The translations under genes and the position numbers were made by a program. From Candidatus Bathyoplasma sp. NZ (GTDB lineage: Bacteria; Bacillota_I; Bacilli_A; MAG-NZ), in the NCBI GenBank assembly GCA_013332095.1, contig JABENI010000010.1, positions 14,175 through 78,174 of the forward strand: a DNA stretch of 64,000 nt. Reading direction: 5' to 3'. The number at the start of each line of letters is the position of its first letter. Position 1 is the stretch's first letter. Positions 18,597 through 29,156 of this stretch are shown piece by piece. The notes under the pieces were generated by a model. It was not told where the DNA came from, ran no database searches, and worked only from the letters and a program-made list of their open reading frames with translations.

Positions 18597-19682
18597 ATGA
18601 AAAAAATTTTATTAGGATTAGTTTTAATAGCATTTTGTATTAGTTTAAGTAGTTGTAGTAGTAAAGATGAAAAATTATATTTGCTAAACTGGGGTGAATA
18701 TCTTAGTGATGAAGTAGTAACCAAATTTGAGGAACAGTATGACTGTGAAGTAGTAGTAGACCCCGTCGATTCAAATGAAGCAATGTATACCAAAATTGGA
18801 GCAGCAGGTACTGCTTATGATATTGCTTTTCCTTCAGATTATATGATTGATCGATTAGCAAGTGAAGGGATGTTAAACAAAGTTGATTTTACTAAACTTA
18901 CTAATTATGAGGAAGAAGCATTTTTCGAGGTAATTGATGAAAGTTTAGAAGCGGCGGCGATTAAAGATTATGGGGTACCGTATTTCTTCGGTTCTTTAGG
19001 AATTATGTATAACACTGAAACCTTAACCGAGGAACAAATTATGACGATTAAAGAGAGTGGTTGGGGAGCGATTTTCGGAGCAGTAGAAAATGCTAAAATC
19101 GGCTTATACGATTCAGCTAGAGATGCTGTTTCAGTAGCTTTAATGCACTTAGGTTATGATGTTAATACTACAGATGCAATAGAATTGGAACAAGCCAAAG
19201 ATATCTTAAATAGCATAAATTATCATAAATTGGGGACGGATAGTTTAAAGGCAGATATTGTTAAAGGAGAACTAGATATAGCGTTGGTCTACTCCGGAGA
19301 TTATTTCGACAAGTACTATGAGGCTTATGAAACGGATACCATTAACTTTGATTTTTATTCACCGGAAACGAATAATTTATGGATTGATGAAATGGTAATT
19401 CCGACGACCAGTAAAAATGTTGATCTAGCTCATCAATTTATCGATTTTATTTTAACTGAAGAAATTTACTTGGAAAATGCGGAGTCTGTTGGATACGCAC
19501 CAGTACTTAAAAATGTTTATCAAACGATGAAAGATGATCCAGATTACGATTATATTACTAGTATCAATTCATTTGTTGATCAATTGATTGATCCTAACTT
19601 CCATGGTCAAATTTACAAAAATTTAACTGCTGAACACTACCAGAGGTTAGAGGATATTTTAAATGAGATAAAATCAAAATAG
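18597..19682 (+). CDS. potD: Spermidine/putrescine-binding lipoprotein
   Basis: Lipobox LSSC; PotD-like LNWGEY start of the mature protein. Confidence 0.85.
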   Translation: MKKILLGLVLIAFCISLSSCSSKDEKLYLLNWGEYLSDEVVTKFEEQYDCEVVVDPVDSNEAMYTKIGAAGTAYDIAFPSDYMIDRLASEGMLNKVDFTKLTNYEEEAFFEVIDESLEAAAIKDYGVPYFFGSLGIMYNTETLTEEQIMTIKESGWGAIFGAVENAKIGLYDSARDAVSVALMHLGYDVNTTDAIELEQAKDILNSINYHKLGTDSLKADIVKGELDIALVYSGDYFDKYYEAYETDTINFDFYSPETNNLWIDEMVIPTTSKNVDLAHQFIDFILTEEIYLENAESVGYAPVLKNVYQTMKDDPDYDYITSINSFVDQLIDPNFHGQIYKNLTAEHYQRLEDILNEIKSK

Positions 19683-19693
19683 AGTTAATAATT

Positions 19694-19726
19694 AAAACTA
19701 CTAATTTATTAAATTAGTAGTTTTTA
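19694..19726 (+). terminator. Rho-independent terminator
   Basis: AAACTACTAAT-loop-ATTAGTAGTTT plus T-run. Confidence 0.65.
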
Positions 19727-19780
19727 CATTAAAGAAACATTATTTGTATTTAATGGTAATACAATTAATGAGGTGATTAT

Positions 19781-21052
19781 TTGAAAATTCATGTTGTAAA
19801 AGTGAAAGAGACAGTTTATAGTATTGCACAAAAGTATAATGTACCAATAAGTAGATTGATCGAAATGAACAATTTACCTAGAAGTATTAAAGTAACCGAA
19901 GGAAGATCAATCATCGTCCCGATTTACGGTGAATTTGTAAAATTGGAAAACGGGAAAAACTTAAAAGACCTTAGTTTAAAATACGATGTTGATGAAAAAG
20001 TAATGACAAAACTAAACCGAGACCATAGAAATGGATTGTTTTTTGTTTTGCATAGATGTAAAACTAGTCTAGTCGTAAGTGCTTATAACAACTTATATTT
20101 AACATCAACTACAGCTCCGGCGATAATTGATGCTATTGGTGATGAATTAACATCACTAGCGATGTTTAGTTACGAAGTTAATCGAGATGGTAGTTTAAAA
20201 GACTTAAACGATTTAAGTTCAATTGAAGCTGCCAATAGTAAAAAAGTAAGATCAATTATGGCAATAACAAATTTAGAAGATGGGCAATTCAGTACGGAGT
20301 TAGCTACGACAATTTTATCTAGTGAACCAGTTCGCAATAAATTAATCGAATCGATAATTGAAAAGTTTAGAGAAAAAGGATATACGCAAGTCGACGTTGA
20401 CTTTGAATATTTAGGTGCGGAAAATAAAGAGAGATACGTAGAATTTTTAAAAATTTTAAAAGCACGTTTAATGGCAATTGATCCAAATTACAAAGTGTCA
20501 GTGGCCCTACCACCTAAAACAAGTAGTGATCAAAAAGGAATTTTGTACGAAGGACACGATTACGATGGCATAGGTAAAGTAGTGGATAACGTTTATTTAA
20601 TGACTTATGAATGGGGATACAGTAAAGGTGACCCTCAAGCAGTATCACCATTAAATAAAGTAAAAGAAGTAATGGATTATGCAATTACAGCAATACCTAA
20701 AAATAAAATTTTGATGGGAATTCCACTTTACGGATACGATTGGACACTACCTTATAAACCAGGTAATCCAGCAGCGAAAACAATCGACGAAGTAAAAGCC
20801 TATGAATTAGCAGAAAAATACAACGCGGTAATTGAATACGATGAAGTCTCACAAGCACCTTATTTCAATTATTTCGATGAAAATAAAGTTGAGCATGTTG
20901 TTTGGTTCGATGATTCTAGAAGTTATCAAGCTAAATTTAACTATGTAAAATCGTTAGGAATACTCGGCTTATACAACTGGGTATTAGGGTTTGATAGTCC
21001 AAATAATTGGCGATTAATTAAAGAAAATTTTATCGTCAAAAAAGAACTGTAA
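19781..21052 (+). CDS. LysM + glycoside hydrolase family 18 spore protein (YaaH/SleL-like)
   Basis: N-terminal LysM (VVKVKETVYSIAQKYNVPISRLIEMNNL), a second degenerate LysM, then a GH18-type barrel with DVDFEY. TTG start. Confidence 0.75.
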   Translation: MKIHVVKVKETVYSIAQKYNVPISRLIEMNNLPRSIKVTEGRSIIVPIYGEFVKLENGKNLKDLSLKYDVDEKVMTKLNRDHRNGLFFVLHRCKTSLVVSAYNNLYLTSTTAPAIIDAIGDELTSLAMFSYEVNRDGSLKDLNDLSSIEAANSKKVRSIMAITNLEDGQFSTELATTILSSEPVRNKLIESIIEKFREKGYTQVDVDFEYLGAENKERYVEFLKILKARLMAIDPNYKVSVALPPKTSSDQKGILYEGHDYDGIGKVVDNVYLMTYEWGYSKGDPQAVSPLNKVKEVMDYAITAIPKNKILMGIPLYGYDWTLPYKPGNPAAKTIDEVKAYELAEKYNAVIEYDEVSQAPYFNYFDENKVEHVVWFDDSRSYQAKFNYVKSLGILGLYNWVLGFDSPNNWRLIKENFIVKKEL

Positions 21053-21305
21053 AATAAAGATCTATAAAAGATATTCATTATTTTTTATAGTTTTTTGTTG
21101 TTTACTAAACACAATGGTATAATAATTACTGATATCTGTAATGAAAATAATATTAATACTATCATTTAGGAGATATTTTACCTTAAATATTCTAGAAATT
21201 AATGAACGGTTAACAGCAGGTAAGAAAAAATAAGTTAAGGAAATTTTTTGAATATTTACCAATAAATGATAAAATAAACAGAAGATATAATAGATGAGGT
21301 TAAAA

Positions 21306-23153
21306 ATGAAGATAGTAAGTGTGGAAAATGTCAGTAAAAGTTTTACTGAGAAAAAGTTATTAGATAATGTTTCGTTTTATCTAAGCGAAGGTGAAAAAAT
21401 TGGGATAGTCGGCATCAATGGCGTAGGAAAATCGACTTTTTTAAAATTAATTGCTGCGGTTGAACATCTGGATTCTGGGGTGATCACAATTAGTAATAAA
21501 TGGCTGATTAGCTATTTATCACAATCGCCAAAAATTGATCCAAATGCTACCGTTTTAGAACAAATATTTTTATCCGAAGGGCACGGTATTCCCATTATTA
21601 AAGAATATCAGCTAGTTTTAAAACAAATTGAAGAAGGTCAAGATTTAACTGATAAATTGTTAGAAATTCAAGAAAAAATTGATCGCTTTAACTTGTGGGA
21701 TTTGGAGAGCCAAGCCAAAACTATTTTAAGCAAATTAGGGATAATAGATTATCAACAGTTGATTAAAAATTTATCTGGTGGTGAGCAAAAAAGAGTATTT
21801 TTAGCCCAAACTTTAATTACTCCTAGCGACCTGTTAATTTTAGATGAGCCTACCAACCATTTAGATAGTGAAAGTATCGAGTGGTTAGAGTTATTTTTGA
21901 GCAATCGAAAACAAGCGTTATTGATGGTAACCCACGATAGATATTTTCTCGACAAAGTTGTCAATAAAATTATTGAAATTGAAAACGGTAATATTTATCA
22001 GTATCAGGGTAATTATAGTTTGTACGTTGAACAAAAAATTTTAAGAGAAGAACAACAGTCAACTGTTTATCAAAAACAAAAAAGTTTATATCAAAATGAA
22101 CTCAAGTGGATAAGAAGAGGTCCTTTAGCTAGAGGTACCAAACAAAAGGCCAGAATAGATCGGTTTGAGCAGTTGAAAGGCAATCTTCATTGTCAGAAAA
22201 AAGAAGATTTGGAATTTTCGGTGATTGGGGCTAGATTAGGTAAAAAAATTATTGAGTTGGAAAATGTTTCTAAAAGTTATCTCAACTTAAAGTTAATAAC
22301 TGATTTTAGTTACGTGATGCAAAGAGATGAGCGAATTGGGATAGTCGGGAAAAATGGTACCGGAAAATCAACTTTACTGAATATGATTGAGGGAACAGTT
22401 AATCCAGATTCAGGAACTATCGTCAAGGGAGAAACTGTTAGTATCGGTTATTTTAAACAAGAGATTGCGGATATGAATTTAAAAACTCCGATGATAAAAT
22501 ATTTAGAAGAAGAGGCAAAAGTGATAAAATTAGTTAACGGTGAAACGATAACTGCTGGTAAAATGTTAGAAAAATTTCTCTTTGAAAAGAATAATCACTA
22601 CACACCAATTGCTAAATTATCTGGTGGGGAGAAACGTCGATTAGCTTTGCTTAAAATATTTATGGCTAATCCTAACGTAATTTTGTTAGATGAGCCAACA
22701 AATGATTTTGATACAACAACTCTGGCTGTTTTAGAAAATTTTATCGATAATTTTAAAGGTGTAGTGATTGTTGTTTCCCATGATCGATATTTTTTAAATA
22801 GAATTTGTAATAAAATATTTGCCTATGGTAACGATGGTAAAATTGAGGTTATTACAGGTAATTACGACGATTATTTAATTAGAAAACCCAAGGGAATTTC
22901 TGTTAAAAAAACTATTCAAAAAGAAATCCAAAAAAACCAAGCTAAACTCAGTTATTTAGAGAAAAAAGAGTTGGCGGTAATCGATGATGTTATTGAAGAA
23001 ATTGAAAATAAAATTGGGGAAACTAAAAATTTGATGATTGAGCATAGCACCGATTATGAAAAGATAAAAATTTACAGTGAAGTCGCTGACTGTTTAGAAA
23101 AAGAATTAGAAGAGAAATTTCAGAGGTGGGAATACTTAAGTAAAAAAAATTAA
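21306..23153 (+). CDS. ABC-F family ATPase (two intact NBDs, C-terminal coiled coil)
   Basis: GINGVGKST/LSGGEQKR and GKNGTGKST/LSGGEKRR. ATG 21306 is preferred over 21294 because of GAGG at 21296-21299. Confidence 0.85.
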   Translation: MKIVSVENVSKSFTEKKLLDNVSFYLSEGEKIGIVGINGVGKSTFLKLIAAVEHLDSGVITISNKWLISYLSQSPKIDPNATVLEQIFLSEGHGIPIIKEYQLVLKQIEEGQDLTDKLLEIQEKIDRFNLWDLESQAKTILSKLGIIDYQQLIKNLSGGEQKRVFLAQTLITPSDLLILDEPTNHLDSESIEWLELFLSNRKQALLMVTHDRYFLDKVVNKIIEIENGNIYQYQGNYSLYVEQKILREEQQSTVYQKQKSLYQNELKWIRRGPLARGTKQKARIDRFEQLKGNLHCQKKEDLEFSVIGARLGKKIIELENVSKSYLNLKLITDFSYVMQRDERIGIVGKNGTGKSTLLNMIEGTVNPDSGTIVKGETVSIGYFKQEIADMNLKTPMIKYLEEEAKVIKLVNGETITAGKMLEKFLFEKNNHYTPIAKLSGGEKRRLALLKIFMANPNVILLDEPTNDFDTTTLAVLENFIDNFKGVVIVVSHDRYFLNRICNKIFAYGNDGKIEVITGNYDDYLIRKPKGISVKKTIQKEIQKNQAKLSYLEKKELAVIDDVIEEIENKIGETKNLMIEHSTDYEKIKIYSEVADCLEKELEEKFQRWEYLSKKN

Positions 23154-23208
23154 TAAATGGTTTGAAAATTAAGCGATTATGAGATAAAATTATTAAAGGA
23201 GGATTAAT

Positions 23209-23433
23209 ATGGACGTGATAGAGAGAATTAAAAATGTTTTAGAACAGATTAGACCTAAGATGCAACAAGACGGTGGAGAACTAGAATTTGTAAAATTCGA
23301 AGAGGGGATAGTCTATATTGAATTATTAGGTAATTGTGCTGGATGTGAGCATAAACAATCGACTATTGCTAACGTTATAAGTAAAATTGTCAGCGAAAAT
23401 GTTGCCGAAGTAAAAGAAGTAAAACATATTTAA
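23209..23433 (+). CDS. NifU-like Fe-S cluster scaffold/carrier domain protein
   Basis: 74 aa, IRPKMQQDGGELEF and CAGC motif typical of the NifU C-terminal domain (YutI-like). Confidence 0.8.
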   Translation: MDVIERIKNVLEQIRPKMQQDGGELEFVKFEEGIVYIELLGNCAGCEHKQSTIANVISKIVSENVAEVKEVKHI

Positions 23434-23516
23434 CAACTGTTTTTATTTGTCAAAATTTTGCTTGAAGTCTCTTTATATGGTATAATCATTTGAAAATAAG
23501 AGGGGTTAGGGAAAAT

Positions 23517-25097
23517 ATGTTAAGAGTAAATAATTTAAGAGTTCAGTTTGGGAAAAGGATTTTGTTTGAAGAAGTAAATTTAAACTTTACCAAAGGTAAC
23601 TGTTACGGTGTAATAGGAGCAAATGGTGCCGGCAAAAGTACTTTTTTAAAAATATTGAGTGGTGATTTAGAAACGCAAAAAGGTGGAATATCGTTAGATA
23701 AAGGTCTTAGAATGAATGTTTTGAGTCAAGATCAAAATAAATTTGATGATCAGACAGTCGTTAAAACGATATTGTTAGGGCATAAAAGATTAGTAGAAAT
23801 AATGGATCAAAAGGAAGTCTACTACCAAAAAACTGAATTCACTGATCAAGATGGAATTGAGTTAGCCGAACTAGAAGCAGAATTTTTGGAATTGAATGGC
23901 TGGGATGCTGAAAGTAATGCTGAGTCGATGCTTAATTCAATGGGAATTAAAAACGAACTGCATCAAAAATTGATGAAAGATTTAGACAGTAAGCAAAAAG
24001 TAAAAGTTTTACTGGCAAACGCTCTATTTGGGAATCCGGACATCTTAATTTTAGATGAGCCGACGAACAATTTAGAAATCAATACTGTCAAATGGTTAGA
24101 GAACTTTTTACTCGGATTCGAAAATACCGTAATTGTTGTAAGTCACAACAGACATTTTATCAATAAAGTCTGTACTCATATATGTGATATCGACTATGGA
24201 AAAATAAATATTTTGGTAGGTAATTATGATTTTTGGTACGAGAGTAGTCAACTGCTATTAAAACAGAGTAAAGATCAAAATAAAAAAGTAGAAATAAGGG
24301 CAAAAGAGTTAAAAGAATTTATTGCTAAATTCAGTGCTAATGCCAGTAAAAGCAAACAGGCAACTTCTAGAAAAAAAGCGTTAGAAAAATTAACTTTAGA
24401 AGATATTAAACCGTCTACTAGACGTTATCCGTTCATCGACTTTAAACCAGAAAGAGAAGCGGGAAATGATATTTTAGTAGTTGAAAATTTAACTAAAGAA
24501 GGTTATTTTAAAAATTTAAATTTTATTCTTAACAAAGGAGAAAAGGCAGTAGTTTTAAACGATAATAGCCGAGTAGTTACGATGTTATTTGAAATTTTAA
24601 GTGGGAATGAGAAGGCCGATAGTGGAACTTTTAAATTTGGTCAAACGATTAATTTGTCGTACTTACCAGAAAATAATGATCAATTTTTTAGCGGAAATGA
24701 TTTAAGTTTAGTCGATTGGTTAAAACAATATTCCGTTGAGCAAAATGAATCTTTCATTAGAGGTTGGTTAGGAAGAATGTTGTTTTCCGGAGAAGAAGCA
24801 CTTAAAAAAGCTAGTGTAATTAGTGGTGGAGAAAAAGTTCGTTGTATGTTGGCAAGAACGATGTTAAATTCTGGTAATTTTTTAATCTTGAATGAACCGA
24901 CAAATCATTTAGATTTAGAGAGTATAACAGCATTAAATAACGGCATGAAAAGATATCAAGGTAATTTACTGTTTGCTTCACACGACCAAGAAATTGTCAA
25001 TACAGTTGCCGATAAAATAATTCAAATTTTAGCTGATGGTGTTTTTACTAAATCGATGAATTATGATGATTATTTAGAACGAATCTACAAACAATAA
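23517..25097 (+). CDS. ABC-F family ATPase with one degenerate ATP site
   Basis: NBD1 Walker A GANGAGKST is intact but the NBD1 signature reads LDSKQKVK. NBD2 Walker A reads LNDNSRVVT and Walker B LILNEP. The NBD2 signature ISGGEKVR is intact. ATG 23517 is preferred over TTG 23490. Confidence 0.8.
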   Translation: MLRVNNLRVQFGKRILFEEVNLNFTKGNCYGVIGANGAGKSTFLKILSGDLETQKGGISLDKGLRMNVLSQDQNKFDDQTVVKTILLGHKRLVEIMDQKEVYYQKTEFTDQDGIELAELEAEFLELNGWDAESNAESMLNSMGIKNELHQKLMKDLDSKQKVKVLLANALFGNPDILILDEPTNNLEINTVKWLENFLLGFENTVIVVSHNRHFINKVCTHICDIDYGKINILVGNYDFWYESSQLLLKQSKDQNKKVEIRAKELKEFIAKFSANASKSKQATSRKKALEKLTLEDIKPSTRRYPFIDFKPEREAGNDILVVENLTKEGYFKNLNFILNKGEKAVVLNDNSRVVTMLFEILSGNEKADSGTFKFGQTINLSYLPENNDQFFSGNDLSLVDWLKQYSVEQNESFIRGWLGRMLFSGEEALKKASVISGGEKVRCMLARTMLNSGNFLILNEPTNHLDLESITALNNGMKRYQGNLLFASHDQEIVNTVADKIIQILADGVFTKSMNYDDYLERIYKQ

Positions 25098-25289
25098 AGT
25101 ATAATGTAAAATGACAAAGACTAATAAAAAATGGCTGGTAGTTTGTTTTTTAAAAACTATCCATTTATTACAAGACATACTTTTGTTAAAGAGGGGAAAA
25201 TTAAAAACAACGATTATTCACATGTTTAAGGTGTGTCAATTGTTGGCTAAAAAAAATTTATATTTTAACAAAAGTTAGTAGGTGAAAAG

Positions 25290-25655
25290 ATGAAAAAACT
25301 TATTTTAATAACGCTCAGTATTTTTATGTTGACAGGATGTGGAGTTAAAGGCTATCATACAATTGAGCCGAATGACGCGTTAGATTTAATCGAAACAAAT
25401 GATGCTGTAATAATCGATGTAAGATCTGCAAATGAATATGTTGATGGACATATCGATGGTTCTATTTTATTACCTGTAAATGTTATTGAAGGTGTAATAA
25501 AAAATGTTGTAGCTGATTTAGACCAAAAAATATTAATTTATTGTGCAACCGGTGCGCGCAGTAAAGAAGCAGCATTAATATTGATAGAATTAGGCTACCA
25601 AGAGGTATATGATTTAGGTGGAATTGAAAGCTATGATTATAATTTAATAAAATAG
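25290..25655 (+). CDS. Rhodanese-domain lipoprotein
   Basis: Lipobox LTGC; active-site loop CATGARS. Confidence 0.8.
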   Translation: MKKLILITLSIFMLTGCGVKGYHTIEPNDALDLIETNDAVIIDVRSANEYVDGHIDGSILLPVNVIEGVIKNVVADLDQKILIYCATGARSKEAALILIELGYQEVYDLGGIESYDYNLIK

Positions 25656-25665
25656 TAAAAAAATA

Positions 25666-25696
25666 ACTGAAATTTTTATTTCAGCTTTTTTTTTGC
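25666..25696 (+). terminator. Rho-independent terminator
   Basis: CTGAAAT-tttt-ATTTCAG plus T9. Confidence 0.65.
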
Positions 25697-25736
25697 TTTT
25701 TAGACAAAAAAAGAGTAACATTGATTAGGTGATAAT

Positions 25737-27449
25737 ATGTATTATAATATAATAAATCGACTGGTAATTGCTTTTAATAAAAGTAACGTTAGAAATGTAT
25801 TGATAGATTTTAATAAAATATTAAGTGATAATTTTTCTTATCACGATAGTGTTTTTTATTTTTTTGAAGTAGAAAACGGCACTGATTATCTTAAATCTTA
25901 CCGTTATAAAAGTGGACGTTTATATGAAAAGAAACATAACTTTGAACATTTTGAACACAGTTTATTAGAAAAGATGTATTTAGAAAAAGTAATTTTTGAA
26001 ACAGATATTTTAAAAACTAATTACACTAATTTTTATACCGGAGAGTACTACCGAGAAACTGATATTTTAGATGTCATTACGATTCCTCTAGTAAAGAATT
26101 TACATTTGTACGGTGTCGTTATGATTAATTTTATCAATAACCCAAAAGTTGATTTAAAGATGCTTGAAATAATTTTTGAACTTTTGAATATTTGGTTTCA
26201 AAATTACCAAAAATATAATCAGGTGATTAATTTAGTTACGGAATATCAACAAATTTTTAATAATGAAAAAATAAAATATCACAGTATTAATGCGATGTCG
26301 GACCTAGTTTTAAATAAACATTTAACGATGGAGGTTAACGAGCAACACAACTATCAAGTGAATCAAAGCTTTTACAAACAAGTAAAGTTATCTTCAGAAA
26401 CTAATTATTGTAGAAATATTACTGCTGAAACTTTGCTGAGAAAAAGAATGCATCTAGACGTTTATGAGACAGAAGGTGTTTTTAATAAAAATAAATTATT
26501 GATTGAGATAAACAGTTTAGACAGTTTTAGTTTGTTAAAAATAAATTCTAACAGAATTAAATTAGCTTTGGAAGACTTATTGAAGTTAGAGTTAAAAATA
26601 TTTTTAGTCGACAATAATTTAGTGGTTTTGTTTGAAACTACAGATTTAAGAATAATAAATAAAGATAAAAATAACATTGTTAAAGTATTAAATAAAAAAT
26701 TATTAATAAACTATAGAGTAGGAATTATCAGATTTAAGAAAGATATTAAAAAAAGAGCAGGTATTTTGGATTTGCTAGAATACTTAACTAATTCTCATAG
26801 CGAATATTTTGATGAGCAACTTTTAATTAACTACCAAAGAAGAAATGTTGAGCACGATAGTTTTTTACAAGCGATAAAAGATAAAAAAATAGATTATATC
26901 TTGAAACCAATTATTGATTTTGCTTCTGAATTAAAAGGCTATTTAGTTACAACTAAAGAAAATCAAGATAATCTTACAATTGAACAGAGGATGGCATTGA
27001 TAAAAAATATTTTACATTCAGTGAAAAATGTTCCAGCAGGATTTTTTGTAATTGAATTATCCGACGATTTAATTAGTGAAGATTTTATAAAGTTTTTAAA
27101 ATCTCTTAAAATAAATAAAGTTTTAACTGAGAGATTAATCTTTAAATATGATGTCGTTGCTAGTTCCTTTGATGAATATCTTATTTTTAAAGGAATTAAA
27201 ATTGCTAGAGGGAATGATATTGAATTTATTTTAAATAATAAAATAAAAACAGATTATTACTTGACTAATTTTAACTTTAACCAAAGTAGCAGATATTTTT
27301 TAGACCTGCTAGCAAATTTAGAAGAGGAAAATATTTTAAAATCAATTATTTTCACAAATGATAAACTAAGTTATCAGTTCTTGAAAAACAGAATGGTCGG
27401 TTTTATCTATTCAAATAAATATTTTTCACTGTCCGAACTCAAGGAATAA
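25737..27449 (+). CDS. Hypothetical 570-aa cytoplasmic protein; possible degenerate GGDEF-EAL-like architecture
   Basis: Long clean ORF with GGTGA RBS. The C-terminal third shows an EAL-like layout (DYILKPIIDF...FFVIELSDD...IIFTNDKLSYQFLK) without catalytic residues. This is a weak pattern-level impression only. Confidence 0.5.
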   Translation: MYYNIINRLVIAFNKSNVRNVLIDFNKILSDNFSYHDSVFYFFEVENGTDYLKSYRYKSGRLYEKKHNFEHFEHSLLEKMYLEKVIFETDILKTNYTNFYTGEYYRETDILDVITIPLVKNLHLYGVVMINFINNPKVDLKMLEIIFELLNIWFQNYQKYNQVINLVTEYQQIFNNEKIKYHSINAMSDLVLNKHLTMEVNEQHNYQVNQSFYKQVKLSSETNYCRNITAETLLRKRMHLDVYETEGVFNKNKLLIEINSLDSFSLLKINSNRIKLALEDLLKLELKIFLVDNNLVVLFETTDLRIINKDKNNIVKVLNKKLLINYRVGIIRFKKDIKKRAGILDLLEYLTNSHSEYFDEQLLINYQRRNVEHDSFLQAIKDKKIDYILKPIIDFASELKGYLVTTKENQDNLTIEQRMALIKNILHSVKNVPAGFFVIELSDDLISEDFIKFLKSLKINKVLTERLIFKYDVVASSFDEYLIFKGIKIARGNDIEFILNNKIKTDYYLTNFNFNQSSRYFLDLLANLEEENILKSIIFTNDKLSYQFLKNRMVGFIYSNKYFSLSELKE

Positions 27450-27524
27450 AGAGTTGAATAATTTGTCAAAATATGCTATATTTTTAACGGTTGAAAATTA
27501 GTAGAAAGTTTGAGGTGAGCGAAC

Positions 27525-27710
27525 ATGAAAATTTTAGTAACAGTGTTAGTGTTAGTAGTGATTATCGGTCTTTACATAACGACGTATATTCTTAATAAGC
27601 GTACGCCAGCACCGATTGATATTGAAAAATCTGAATGTTCTGCTTGTAATCAAAAAAGTTGTGGTATGCACCCAACTCATAATTCTGATTCAGAAATAGC
27701 AGAAGAATAA
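27525..27710 (+). CDS. Small membrane protein with Cys-rich tail (FeoB-associated Cys-rich-like)
   Basis: One N-terminal TM helix, then CSACNQKSCGMH; GAGGTGA RBS. Confidence 0.45.
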   Translation: MKILVTVLVLVVIIGLYITTYILNKRTPAPIDIEKSECSACNQKSCGMHPTHNSDSEIAEE

Positions 27711-27723
27711 AAGAGGTAAAATT

Positions 27724-28182
27724 ATGAATTTAAATTGGGATGAATATTTTATATCGGTCGCAGTTTTAAGTGGTTACCGAAGTAAAGATCCAAATACTAG
27801 AGTAGGTGCTTGTATTGTTAATGAGAGAAAAAGGATTGTCGCAGTAGGTTATAATGGTTTTCCCTATGGCTGTGATGACAATGTATACTCTTGGGAAAGA
27901 GAAGGGGAATTTTTAGATACTAAGTATCCCTATGTCGTTCATGCTGAAGCCAATGCCATATTAAACGCTACTACTCAATTGTTTAATTGTACTTTATACG
28001 TTAATTTATTTCCTTGTAATGAATGCGCAAAATTAATAATTCAAAGTGGGATTAAAGAAATTGTTTATGTCAGTGACAAATATGCCCATCTAGATACGAC
28101 TATCGCTGCTAAAAAAATGCTTGATAGTGCTGGGGTAAGTTGCCGAAAAATAAAAGAAGTCAAGCTGGAGGTCAGTAAATGA
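27724..28182 (+). CDS. comEB: dCMP deaminase (ComEB)
   Basis: HAEANAI and PCNECAKLI zinc-binding motifs. Confidence 0.9.
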   Translation: MNLNWDEYFISVAVLSGYRSKDPNTRVGACIVNERKRIVAVGYNGFPYGCDDNVYSWEREGEFLDTKYPYVVHAEANAILNATTQLFNCTLYVNLFPCNECAKLIIQSGIKEIVYVSDKYAHLDTTIAAKKMLDSAGVSCRKIKEVKLEVSK

Positions 28183-29156
28183 TAGAGTTTTTAAAGAAAA
28201 AAGGTTTTTTGCTTTTTATATTTATTCCGATAAATATAGTTTTCATACTTCTAGGAAATGTTAAAACAGAATCCGATATTTTGATCCCCAATAAAATTAA
28301 TTTAGTTGCTTCTAATATTAAACTAGATGAAGTTTACGAAAGTGCAGGGTCATTTAATATGGTTTCAGTATTTACTAGAACGGGGACTGCGATGCAAAAT
28401 TATTTAGCTCAAAAAGAAGTCTACACTGACCATTACGTTTTTGGTGCAAGTCAATCGTTATTAACGGTTGAAGAGAGAAACTTACGAGGGAAAATTTCTT
28501 ACAATATCGGTATAATAAATTCAATAATATATGCTTTCGAAACTGCGGATAAAGAGATAGACTATTATTTAGATGGTTTTATCGTTATAAATATTGACAA
28601 AACGATTAATGAGCAACTTAAAATAGGAGATATTATCCAACAAGTAGATGGAAAAACGATTACCAATCAAACGGAATTTTTCGATGAACTGTACGAAAAA
28701 GATACGATAGAATTAACGCTGGCTGATCGAACGATAACGATGGAAAGGGCAGAAAATGGATACTTTGGCTTTTCAATAAATCCTAACTACATAATAGAAA
28801 ATACGGAAGTGAAAGTAACTATTGCTGAAGTAAATGCTCAAGGAGGAAGTGGTGGCTTAATTCAAACTTTAAGTTTATACGACAGTTTAACTGAAAAAGA
28901 TTATACTGGCGGTTTAAAAATTGTCGGAACAGGTACTATTGATTTTGAAGGAAGAGTTGGTCCTATTGGTGGAGTAAAACAAAAAGTTCTTGCTGCTGAT
29001 AAAGATGATGCTGATATTTTCTTCGTTCCGGAAGAAAATTATCAAGATGCGTTAGAGATGCATCAATATTTGAATTCAAAAGTAAAATTAGTAAAAGTGG
29101 GTACGTTTGTCGAAACCGTGGAATATTTAGAAAATTATGGTGAGAGTAATGATTAA
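28179..29156 (+). CDS. YlbL/SepM-family membrane-anchored PDZ + Lon-like serine protease
   Basis: N-terminal TM, PDZ-like middle (IGDIIQQVDGKTI), Lon C-terminal-like GGSGGL (Ser) and GGVKQK (Lys). Confidence 0.8.
   Translation: MIEFLKKKGFLLFIFIPINIVFILLGNVKTESDILIPNKINLVASNIKLDEVYESAGSFNMVSVFTRTGTAMQNYLAQKEVYTDHYVFGASQSLLTVEERNLRGKISYNIGIINSIIYAFETADKEIDYYLDGFIVINIDKTINEQLKIGDIIQQVDGKTITNQTEFFDELYEKDTIELTLADRTITMERAENGYFGFSINPNYIIENTEVKVTIAEVNAQGGSGGLIQTLSLYDSLTEKDYTGGLKIVGTGTIDFEGRVGPIGGVKQKVLAADKDDADIFFVPEENYQDALEMHQYLNSKVKLVKVGTFVETVEYLENYGESND

Noticed and set aside
21062-21262. 66-aa minus-strand ORF in the yaaH/ABC-F intergenic region
   Set aside because: No RBS, low-complexity product. 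The region is more plausibly the promoter/leader of the ABC-F gene.
1878-28182. Possibility of a Mollicute-type code (TGA = Trp), given the very low GC
   Set aside because: TGA terminates conserved genes at the expected lengths (dpaA 1878-1880, potB 17805-17807, comEB 28180-28182), and Trp is encoded by TGG throughout.
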